A DNA stretch of 32,000 nucleotides, from NCBI GenBank assembly GCA_014251975.1, contig CP059204.1:180001-212000 (forward strand), given 5' to 3'. The position numbers were made by a program, and so were the translations under genes. The DNA is from Blattabacterium cuenoti. Lineage in GTDB: Bacteria; Bacteroidota; Bacteroidia; Flavobacteriales; Blattabacteriaceae. The notes under the pieces are model-generated. The model was not told the origin of the DNA and searched no databases. It saw nothing but the letters and a program-made list of their open reading frames with translations. Shown here in pieces: positions 24,700 through 32,000 of this stretch. Within the stretch, counting starts at the first letter, position 1. Each line of letters begins with the position of its first letter.

Positions 24700-26063
24700 A
24701 TGAAAAATGAATTAACAACAATACTTGGGGGGGGAGAAAGTGGAATAGGTGCAGCTTTATTAGCAAAAAAAAATGGTATGAATGTATTTTTATCTGATTC
24801 TGGAAAAATATTAAATAAAAATAAAATTATATTAAATAATAATAAAATTCCTTTTGAAGAAAATAAACATACAGAAAGTATTATAATTAATAAGTCTGTA
24901 CTAATTATTAAAAGCCCAGGAATATCTAACAATAGTTATTTAATAAAAAAAATTAATTATTTAGGTATCCCTATTATATCTGAATTAGAATTTGGTAGAT
25001 CTTTTGCAAAAGATTCTTATATTATAGGAGTCACTGGTAGCAATGGTAAAACTACTACATGTTCTATTATTTATAAAATTATAAAAAATAAAAATAAAAA
25101 AAACGTAGGTTTAGCTGGAAATATTGGAAATAGTTTTTCTAAAGATATTTTTATAAAAAAAAAAAAATATACGTATTAGAAATAAGCAGTTTTCAATTAG
25201 ACGATTTAAAAAAATTTCGTATAAATATATCTATTTTGTTAAATATAACAAATGATCATTTAGAAATATATAATAATATAGAAAACTATATAAATTCTAA
25301 ATTTAGGATAGCTTTTTTTCAAACATATAAAGATATATTTATATATAATTATGATGATTTAATAATAAGAAAAAAAATTAAACAATTTAAAATATTATCT
25401 AAATGTATTCCTTTTTCAATAAAACAAAAATTAAATTTTGGTGCTTATATTGAGAATGATAATATTTTTTACAAAAATCATAAACAACGTAAATTTTTTT
25501 GCGTAAATATTAAAAATATACAATTAATTGGGGAACATAATATATATAACGTAATGTGTTCGTGTATAGTTTCAAAAATATTAAAAATAAATAATATATC
25601 TATTTTACATAAAATTACTCCAATTGTGCATAGAATGGAAAAAGTACTTTCTATAAATGGAGTGCAATTTATCAATGATTCAAAAGCTACTAATGTTAAC
25701 GCAGTTTTTTATGCTTTAAAAAGTTTTAGTTTAAATAGAAAATCAATTATATGGATAGCTGGTGGAAAGGATAAGGGGAATGATTATAAAGAATTAATTT
25801 ATTTTGTAAAAAAAAATGTAAAAGCAATTATATGTTTAGGAAAAGATAATAAAAAAATTATTAACTTTTTCAAAAAAATAATACCAATTATGATAGAAAC
25901 AAAAAACATTAAAAAAGCTGTTTTTTTATCTTATATTTATTCTTCTCCAGGAGATTACGTACTATTTTCTCCTGCTTGTTCTAGTTTTGATTTATTTAAA
26001 AATTATAAAGAAAGAGGAAATAAATTTAAAAAAGTAGTAAAAGAACTTTTTTTTAAAATATGA
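24700..26063 (+). pseudogene. murD: UDP-N-acetylmuramoylalanine--D-glutamate ligase interrupted by a frameshift in a 13-A run (pseudogene, or functional via slippage or sequencing error)
   Basis: Two ORFs (24700..25179 and 25236..26063) carry complementary MurD motifs. The first has GGGESGIG and the P-loop GVTGSNGKTTT. The second has NITNDHLE, HRMEKV, INDSKATN and AGGKDKG. The second frame is open back to 25143 and encodes YVLEISSFQLDD at 25170..25205, so the frames meet in A13 (25155..25167). Confidence 0.85.
25155..25167. repeat. A13 homopolymer at the murD frameshift site
   Basis: Counted directly from the sequence (ttat-A13-tatacg). Confidence 0.95.
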
Positions 26064-27232
26064 AAAGCATATTACTATTTTTAGACAAACATATAAAAGG
26101 AGATAGAGATTTATGGATATTAATTTTTTTATTATCTATATTTTCTTTTATCCCTATATATAATATTTCTAAGGATTTAGTTATTCAAAACAATGAAAAA
26201 ATAAGTATTGTATTTTATTATTTTTCTCAACATCTTATATTTTTATTATTTGGTATTATAATATTATTTATTACTCAATATATAAATTATAAATATTTTA
26301 ATAATATTCCCATAATATTATTAATTTTTACAATCATTTTATTATTAATTTTAAGATTTAATAATTATATAAAATATTTTCTACCAATATTAAATTATAT
26401 AAAAGTTAATAAATTGAAAAATTTTTTTAATTGTTATTATTTTTACGGATTAGTCCTTTTTATTTATTGTGCAAAATTTTTAGATAATAAAAAAGAAAAA
26501 TATATTGATTTATATAATTCTTTTATTCCTCTTTTATTACCAATATTTTTTATTCTTGGTTTTATATTTGATAGTAATATATTTACTGCTTTTTCAATTT
26601 TTTTTTATATTTTAATTTTTCTTTTTATTGGAGGATATCCCTTAATTCATATTTTTGGAGTTTTTTTAATGGGAGCAGTACTTACTGTAACATATTTATT
26701 TTGTATTGTAAAATATAATGATAAAAATACTGTTTTAAAATGTAGAAATGAAATAGAAATATTTTTTATGGATTCAATAAATAAAAACAGTAATACTGTA
26801 ATTAGTCAATCTAATTTTGGTACTTATTTGTCAAAAAAATTTGGTCTTGGATTAAAAAAGGGTAAATTTAAAAATTTTCTATCACATTCAGATTATTTTT
26901 ATTCTGTTTTTTTAGAAGAATATGGATTTTTACCGGGAGTAATAATTTTAATTATTAATCTTATAATATTATTAAGGGTAATAATAATTTCAACGAAAGT
27001 AAATAATTTTTTTTTAAGTTTATTAGTATTTTTTTTGGGATTTCCTATAACAAATCAATGTGTTATTGGTTATTCAACAACATTGTTCCCAATTAATATG
27101 GAATTGTCTTTAACATTAGCTAGTTCACAATGGCTTTCAGTATTTACAACTTTTTTAAGTTTGGGTATTATATTAAGTATCAGTAGAATTATATATGATA
27201 AAAAACCTAAAACTAAAATTTATAAACAATAA
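26060..27232 (+). CDS. ftsW: SEDS-family protein FtsW (lipid II polymerase/flippase family), strongly diverged
   Basis: 390-aa polytopic ORF at the ftsW position (murD-ftsW-murG). It has the N-terminal KGDRDLWIL and the SEDS loop HSDYFYSVFLEEYGF. Other SEDS motifs look degraded (see findings). Confidence 0.7.
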   Translation: MKSILLFLDKHIKGDRDLWILIFLLSIFSFIPIYNISKDLVIQNNEKISIVFYYFSQHLIFLLFGIIILFITQYINYKYFNNIPIILLIFTIILLLILRFNNYIKYFLPILNYIKVNKLKNFFNCYYFYGLVLFIYCAKFLDNKKEKYIDLYNSFIPLLLPIFFILGFIFDSNIFTAFSIFFYILIFLFIGGYPLIHIFGVFLMGAVLTVTYLFCIVKYNDKNTVLKCRNEIEIFFMDSINKNSNTVISQSNFGTYLSKKFGLGLKKGKFKNFLSHSDYFYSVFLEEYGFLPGVIILIINLIILLRVIIISTKVNNFFLSLLVFFLGFPITNQCVIGYSTTLFPINMELSLTLASSQWLSVFTTFLSLGIILSISRIIYDKKPKTKIYKQ

Positions 27233-28331
27233 AATTTATCCCAGAATAATAATTTGTGGGGGTGGGACTGGTGGACACATATATACTGGTATAGCTATTG
27301 CTGATGAGATAAAATATCAAATTCCTTACTCAAAAATTTTATTTATAGGATCTAAAAATCATATGGAAATGAAAGAAGTTCCAAAATATGGGTATTCTAT
27401 TAAAAAAATTAGTATTTCAGGTGGAAGAAATAAAATTTTTTCTATATCAGGCCTATTTTTATTTATAGAATTAATTGAAAGTTTTTTTTTAGTAAAAAAA
27501 ATTATTAAAAATTTTTCTCCAAACATAATTATTGGTACTGGAGGATTTGTAAGTTTTCCTACTTTATTGGCAGCAAAAAGTAATAAAATACCTATTCTTA
27601 TTCAAGAACAAAATTCTTTTCCTGGAATAACAAATAGAATTTTTTCTCGTTATGCTGATAAAATTTGTATTGCTTATAAACAATCACAAAAATTTTTTCC
27701 AAAGGGTAAAACTATTATTACAGGTAATCCTATACGAACTAAAATATTAAAAAAATTTCCAAGCAAGAAACAAGCTTGTAAATATTTTGGATTAAATATG
27801 AAAAAACCAATTATTTTATCATTAGGTGGAAGTACTGGATCTAAATTGATTAATAATGCATGGAAAAATGGAATATCTAAATTAATTAATTTAGATATTC
27901 AATTAATATGGCAAATAGGCAGTTATATTGATAATATTAAAAATAATATTAAAATATATAATTATCCAAATATAATTATTATAAAATTTATTAAAGATAT
28001 TCAAATGTGTTATGCTGCTTCAGATATAATTATATCTAGAGCTGGTGCATTAACCATATCAGAGATTTGCTATTTAAAAAAACCTAATATTTTAATACCA
28101 TTTTCTCGTTCTTCAGATAATCATCAATGTAAAAACGCTTATATTTTAAAAAAACATAAAGCTTCTATAGTAATACAAGATGAAGAAATAGAAAAAGAAT
28201 TAGTAGATTTATCTATAAAACTTATAAGTGATATACCTTTGCAAAAACAAATGGTTAAAAATATATCTAATTTAGGTAAACCTAATGCTTCTAAAGATAT
28301 TGTAAACGAAATATTACAAATAATTAAATGA
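27195..28331 (+). CDS. murG: UDP-N-acetylglucosamine--N-acetylmuramyl-(pentapeptide) pyrophosphoryl-undecaprenol GlcNAc transferase
   Basis: 378-aa ORF with CGGGTGGHIYTG, GTGGFVS, GGSTGS and SRAGALTISE. It overlaps ftsW by 38 nt if the first ATG is used. Confidence 0.9.
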   Translation: MIKNLKLKFINNKIYPRIIICGGGTGGHIYTGIAIADEIKYQIPYSKILFIGSKNHMEMKEVPKYGYSIKKISISGGRNKIFSISGLFLFIELIESFFLVKKIIKNFSPNIIIGTGGFVSFPTLLAAKSNKIPILIQEQNSFPGITNRIFSRYADKICIAYKQSQKFFPKGKTIITGNPIRTKILKKFPSKKQACKYFGLNMKKPIILSLGGSTGSKLINNAWKNGISKLINLDIQLIWQIGSYIDNIKNNIKIYNYPNIIIIKFIKDIQMCYAASDIIISRAGALTISEICYLKKPNILIPFSRSSDNHQCKNAYILKKHKASIVIQDEEIEKELVDLSIKLISDIPLQKQMVKNISNLGKPNASKDIVNEILQIIK

Positions 28332-29710
28332 ATATTAATTTTAAAACATTTAAATTTTTTTATTTTTTAGGAATAGGAGGAATTGGTATGAGTGCTATAG
28401 CAAGATATTTTAATTCTATAGGTAAAGTAGTTTATGGACATGATAAAGAAAAAACATTATTAACAAAAAAATTAGAAAAAGAAGGAATACATATAAATTA
28501 TAAAGATAATGAAAAATTAATACCAAAATATATAAATTCTGATAAATGTTTAATTATTTATACATCAGCAATTTATAAAAATTGTAAACAATGGATATTT
28601 TTAAAAAAAAATTGTAAAAATATAATAAAAAGATCTAAAGTATTATCTTTAATTACACAAGATAAAATTTGTATAGCTATAGGTGGAACACATGGTAAAA
28701 CTACTACTTGTAGTTTATTAGCCCATATTTTTTATAATTCTAAAATAAATTTTACTGCATTATTAGGTGGAATTTCAGAAAATTATAAATCAAATCTAAT
28801 TTTAAATGGTGATCAATATTTTTTAATAGAAGCAGATGAATTTGATCATTCTTTTTTGTATTTAAATCCTAATATAGCATGTATTACATCTTTAGATCAA
28901 GATCATATTGATATTTATCCAAAAAAAAAATTATTAAAAAAAGCATATATAAATTTTATAAAAAAAATTAAAAATCCATATAAAAAAATTTTCCTTTGTA
29001 AGGAAGATAATATTTTTTATAAAAATGCTATTTATTATTCTATAAATAAAAAATATACATACTATTCAGATAATATTGTTATAAAAAATAATATATGGTA
29101 TTTTGATTTTCATACACCTTTATCTACATGGAAATCTTTAACTCTATCTATACCTGGATTGCATAATTTAAAAAATTTTACAGCAGCGTTATCTATATCT
29201 GACTATTTAAAAATTGATCAAAAAAAAATAAGAAAATCTTTATTGTTATTTAAAGGTGTTGAAAGAAGATATAGTATTCATTATAAATCTAATAAAAAAA
29301 TATATATTGATGACTATGCGCATCATCCTACAGAAATAAGTGCGTTAATTAAAACAGTTAACAAATGTTATCCTAAAAAAAAAATACTAGGTATATTTCA
29401 ACCACATTTATTTAGTAGAACTAAATTTTTTCTTAAAAAATTTGCTAAAAGTTTAGAAAAATTAGATTTTATAATTTTACTAGATATTTATCCGTCTAGA
29501 GAATGTCCAATTGAAAATAAACATATTACTTCTAATATATTATTTGATAAAATAAAAAATAAGAATAAAATTATAACTTCTTTATCTAAAACATTAAAAA
29601 TTTTAATTAAAGTACATTATAATTTTGATATTATTATTACAATGGGGGCAGGTAATATAGATACTTTAATTAATCCAATAAAACAATTTTTATATAAAAA
29701 ATATAAATAA
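28328..29710 (+). CDS. murC: UDP-N-acetylmuramate--L-alanine ligase
   Basis: 460-aa ORF with GIGGIGMSAIA, the P-loop GGTHGKTTT, EADEFDHSF and DDYAHHPTEI. Its ATGA start overlaps the murG stop. Confidence 0.9.
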   Translation: MNINFKTFKFFYFLGIGGIGMSAIARYFNSIGKVVYGHDKEKTLLTKKLEKEGIHINYKDNEKLIPKYINSDKCLIIYTSAIYKNCKQWIFLKKNCKNIIKRSKVLSLITQDKICIAIGGTHGKTTTCSLLAHIFYNSKINFTALLGGISENYKSNLILNGDQYFLIEADEFDHSFLYLNPNIACITSLDQDHIDIYPKKKLLKKAYINFIKKIKNPYKKIFLCKEDNIFYKNAIYYSINKKYTYYSDNIVIKNNIWYFDFHTPLSTWKSLTLSIPGLHNLKNFTAALSISDYLKIDQKKIRKSLLLFKGVERRYSIHYKSNKKIYIDDYAHHPTEISALIKTVNKCYPKKKILGIFQPHLFSRTKFFLKKFAKSLEKLDFIILLDIYPSRECPIENKHITSNILFDKIKNKNKIITSLSKTLKILIKVHYNFDIIITMGAGNIDTLINPIKQFLYKKYK

Positions 29711-29784
29711 ATTATTTATTATTTTTAACAAAATCTGTATTAAATAATTTTTTGATTTTAAAAGAAGTCTGTATATTAATGTAA

Positions 29785-29811
29785 TTTTTTTTAGTCAAAA
29801 AAAATTTTTTT
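29785..29811 (+). terminator. Candidate weak intrinsic terminator / A-T hairpin (T8-AGTC-A8 followed by T7)
   Basis: Read directly: T 29785..29792, AGTC 29793..29796, A 29797..29804, T 29805..29811. This gives an 8-bp all-A:T stem followed by a T tract, located between murC and ftsA. All-A:T stems are thermodynamically weak, and such patterns are frequent in AT-rich DNA. Confidence 0.15.
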
Positions 29812-29924
29812 AACAAAATACAAAAAACATTCTTTATGCATTCTTTGTTTTCATATTATTTGTATTTATTCAATGAATATAAAATAATAATTAAAATACT
29901 AGTTTATAAAAAAAAAACAATTTT

Positions 29925-31319
29925 ATGGAATATCAAGATATAGCAATAGGTCTTGACGTAGGTACTACAAAAATTGTAGCTATGGTTGGAAGGAGGAATG
30001 AATACAATAAAATTGAAGTATTGGGAATAGGAAAATCTAGAAGTATAGGAATTCATAAAGGAGTTGTTAACAACATTACTCAAACTATTGATTCCATTCG
30101 TGAAGCTATTTCTGAAGCAGAACATAGTTCTGGTCTTAAAATAAAAGAAGTTATAGTTGGTATAGCTGGTCAACATATAAGAAGTTTGCAACATAACGAT
30201 TATATTACAAGATTAGATTTTGAAAATGTTATTAATCATAAAGATATTAATCAACTAATTACTCAAGTACATAAATTAGTTATGTTACCTGGAGAAGAAA
30301 TTATTCACGTCTTACCTCAAGAATATAAAGTAGATAGTCAATCAGAAATTGGTGAACCAATTGGTATGTATGGAAATAGATTAGAAGCAAATTTTCATGT
30401 AGTAGTTGGGCAGATATCTTCTATAAGAAATATTGGAAGATGTGTAAAGGCTGCTGGATTAAATCTTTCTGGTATGACTTTAGAACCATTGGCCTCTGCA
30501 GAAGCTGTGTTAAGTAAAGAAGAAAGAGAAGCTGGAGTCGCCTTAGTTGATATAGGTGGAGGTACTACAGATGTAGCAATATTTAAAGATAATATTATTA
30601 GACATACTGCTGTTCTACCATTTGGTGGTAAGGTAATTACTGATAATATAAAAACAGATTGTTTAATAATTGAAAGACAAGCAGAGTTATTAAAAATAAA
30701 GTTTGGATCCTCATGGCCTGGAGAAAATAAAGAAACTGAAATAGTATGTATACCAGGATTAAGAGGACGTGATCCAAAAGAAATTTCTTTAAAACATTTA
30801 TCTCAAATTATTCATACAAGAATATGTGAGATATTAGAATATGTTAATATGGAGATAGATAATTATGGTAACAAAGATAAAAAAAAGAAATTAATAGCTG
30901 GTTTAGTAATGACTGGAGGAGGTTCTCAATTAAAACATATTAGACCTTTAACTGAATATATAACGGGTATGGATGTAAGAATAGGATATTCAAATGAACA
31001 CATTGCAGGAGGAGAAAATGGATTTATAAGTAACCCAGAATATGCTACTTCTATAGGGTTAGTTATTAAAGGATTGAATAATAAAAAACGATATTTTTAT
31101 ACAAAACCAAATATCATTAATCAATCTCATTTTAATGAAATATATGAAAAAAATAAGTACGAGTTACCAACATTTTATAAAAATAATAATTCCAGATATT
31201 ATACAAATTATGAAAAACAATTAGGTTATAATTATGATGATAAATTTGACAAAAAATCTAAATCTTTTATAGAAATTTGGGCGGATAAATTTCGTAAAAT
31301 TTTGAATGATACAGAATAA
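29925..31319 (+). CDS. ftsA: Cell division protein FtsA
   Basis: 464-aa ORF with actin-fold motifs (IGLDVGTTKIVAMVG, VDIGGGTTDVAIF, LVMTGGGSQL). It has an N/K/Y-rich linker and a C-terminal amphipathic segment (SFIEIWADKFRKILND), consistent with a membrane-targeting helix. Confidence 0.9.
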   Translation: MEYQDIAIGLDVGTTKIVAMVGRRNEYNKIEVLGIGKSRSIGIHKGVVNNITQTIDSIREAISEAEHSSGLKIKEVIVGIAGQHIRSLQHNDYITRLDFENVINHKDINQLITQVHKLVMLPGEEIIHVLPQEYKVDSQSEIGEPIGMYGNRLEANFHVVVGQISSIRNIGRCVKAAGLNLSGMTLEPLASAEAVLSKEEREAGVALVDIGGGTTDVAIFKDNIIRHTAVLPFGGKVITDNIKTDCLIIERQAELLKIKFGSSWPGENKETEIVCIPGLRGRDPKEISLKHLSQIIHTRICEILEYVNMEIDNYGNKDKKKKLIAGLVMTGGGSQLKHIRPLTEYITGMDVRIGYSNEHIAGGENGFISNPEYATSIGLVIKGLNNKKRYFYTKPNIINQSHFNEIYEKNKYELPTFYKNNNSRYYTNYEKQLGYNYDDKFDKKSKSFIEIWADKFRKILNDTE

Positions 31320-31324
31320 AACAA

Positions 31325-32000
31325 ATGAAAGAAGAAAATTTTAGTAAATCACAAGATCCAATTTTTGGATTTCAAAAAAATCGTTCATCTGCAATAAAAG
31401 TAATAGGTGTAGGTGGTGGTGGGAGTAATGCTTTAAGTCATATGTTTGAACAAGGTATTGCAGGAGTAGATTTCATTGTTTGTAATACTGATTCTCAAGC
31501 ATTAAATAATAATTCTGTACCTACAAAAATTCAATTAGGAGCTTCTATAACAGAAGGGTTAGGTGCAGGAGCTGATCCTGAAGTTGGAGAAAAAGCAGCA
31601 TTAGAAAGTTTAGAGGAAATTAAAAGTATATTAGATTCTAATACAAAAATGACTTTTATTACAGCTGGAATGGGTGGTGGGACAGGTACAGGTGCAGCAC
31701 CAATTATAGCAGGTATATCTAAAGAAAAAGGGATACTTACTGTAGGAATAGTAACAATACCATTTCATTTTGAAGGTAAAATGAGGTTACGACAAGCACA
31801 AAAAGGTATAGAATCGTTAAGAAATAATGTAGATTCATTAATTGTTATTAATAATGATAAATTAAGAGAATTATATGGAAATTTAGGATTTAAAGCAGGT
31901 TTTTCTAAAGCTGACGAAGTATTAACTACTGCTGCAAAAGGAATTGCAGAAGTTATTACTCATCATTATAAACAAAATATTGATTTAAGAGATACTAGAA
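31325..32000 (+). CDS. ftsZ: Cell division protein FtsZ (5' part; continues past the window end)
   Basis: Not in the ORF track because there is no stop in the window. My translation from ATG 31325 gives MKEENFSKSQDPIFGFQKNRSSAIKVIGVGGGGSNALSHMFEQGIAGVDFIVCNTDSQAL...GLGAGADPEVGEKAA...ITAGMGGGTGTGAAPIIA..., which contains the tubulin/FtsZ signature GGGTGTG. Confidence 0.9.
   Translation, partial: MKEENFSKSQDPIFGFQKNRSSAIKVIGVGGGGSNALSHMFEQGIAGVDFIVCNTDSQALNNNSVPTKIQLGASITEGLGAGADPEVGEKAALESLEEIKSILDSNTKMTFITAGMGGGTGTGAAPIIAGISKEKGILTVGIVTIPFHFEGKMRLRQAQKGIESLRNNVDSLIVINNDKLRELYGNLGFKAGFSKADEVLTTAAKGIAEVITHHYKQNIDLRDTR

Noticed and set aside
24684-24932. 82-aa minus-strand ORF
   Set aside because: It is antisense to the mraY end and the murD N-terminus. 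Its apparent Pro/Ser stretch is merely the complement of the conserved GGGESGIG-coding G-rich segment.
25478-25675. 65-aa minus-strand ORF
   Set aside because: It is antisense to the C-terminal part of murD and has no independent support.
28328-28331. Possible UGA-to-Trp recoding (genetic code 4), as in some tiny symbiont genomes
   Set aside because: TGA at the murG end (ATGA overlap with murC) and at the murD end terminates these proteins at the expected lengths. Trp is encoded by TGG throughout (for example the WWYGHN motif in ccoN). All conserved genes are full length under code 11.
4074-28331. Short gene overlaps (ccoS/ccoNO 17 nt, ccoNO/ccoQ 8 nt, ccoQ/ccoP 11 nt, murE/mraY 8 nt, murD/ftsW 4 nt, ftsW/murG 38 nt, murG/murC 4 nt), considered as unusual
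   Set aside because: This is ordinary operon compaction and translational coupling, and some overlaps depend on uncertain start codon choice. It is not noteworthy by itself.
29904-30194. 96-aa minus-strand ORF
   Set aside because: It is antisense to the highly conserved 5' part of ftsA and is spurious.
1-32000. Search for CRISPR arrays, transposases or IS ends, integrases, toxin-antitoxin or other defence or accessory modules, and rRNA genes
   Set aside because: None was seen. Every substantial ORF is assignable to a core housekeeping family. The only repeats are homopolymers and one 20-bp tandem duplication. No spaced direct-repeat array or inverted terminal repeats were noticed.

Overview
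This window is extremely AT-rich (by eye roughly four-fifths A+T, not computed) and almost fully coding. It uses the standard genetic code: Trp is TGG, and TGA terminates murD and murG at the expected protein ends.

Gene content and order indicate a genome-reduced Flavobacteriales (Bacteroidota) obligate insect endosymbiont, of the Blattabacterium or beetle/scale-symbiont type. The supporting features are a fused ccoNO, the order ccoI-ccoS-ccoNO-ccoQ-ccoP-FixH, a split transketolase, and a Bacteroidota-style dcw cluster. The exact taxon cannot be determined without a database search.

Contents, left to right:
- a GH73-like glucosaminidase, gcvH, and the cbb3 oxidase assembly and structural cluster
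- maeB, murI, rpsT, tRNA-Glu(UUC), aroA, the two transketolase halves, and smpB
- a putative beta-barrel outer membrane protein, tatC, ychF, an M42 peptidase, dapF, and htrA
- a dcw cluster: rsmH, FtsL-like ORF, murE, mraY, murD, ftsW, murG, murC, ftsA, and ftsZ (ftsZ is missing from the ORF track because it runs off the window end)

I see no mobile element, CRISPR array, defence island, or convincing novel multi-gene system. The window looks like ordinary core housekeeping DNA in a degenerating genome. The items worth a second look all concern genome erosion:
- murD is split by a frameshift inside a 13-A homopolymer and is a candidate for transcriptional-slippage rescue.
- The dcw cluster has no room for ftsI, ftsQ or mraZ at their usual positions.
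- The retained ftsW appears to have eroded SEDS motifs.
- ccoG is missing from the cbb3 cluster.
- Very long in-frame homopolymers sit in ccoI and dapF.
- A perfect 20-bp tandem duplication carries a Bacteroidota -7 promoter motif.
- An atypically long 519-bp stretch with no convincing gene lies at the left edge.
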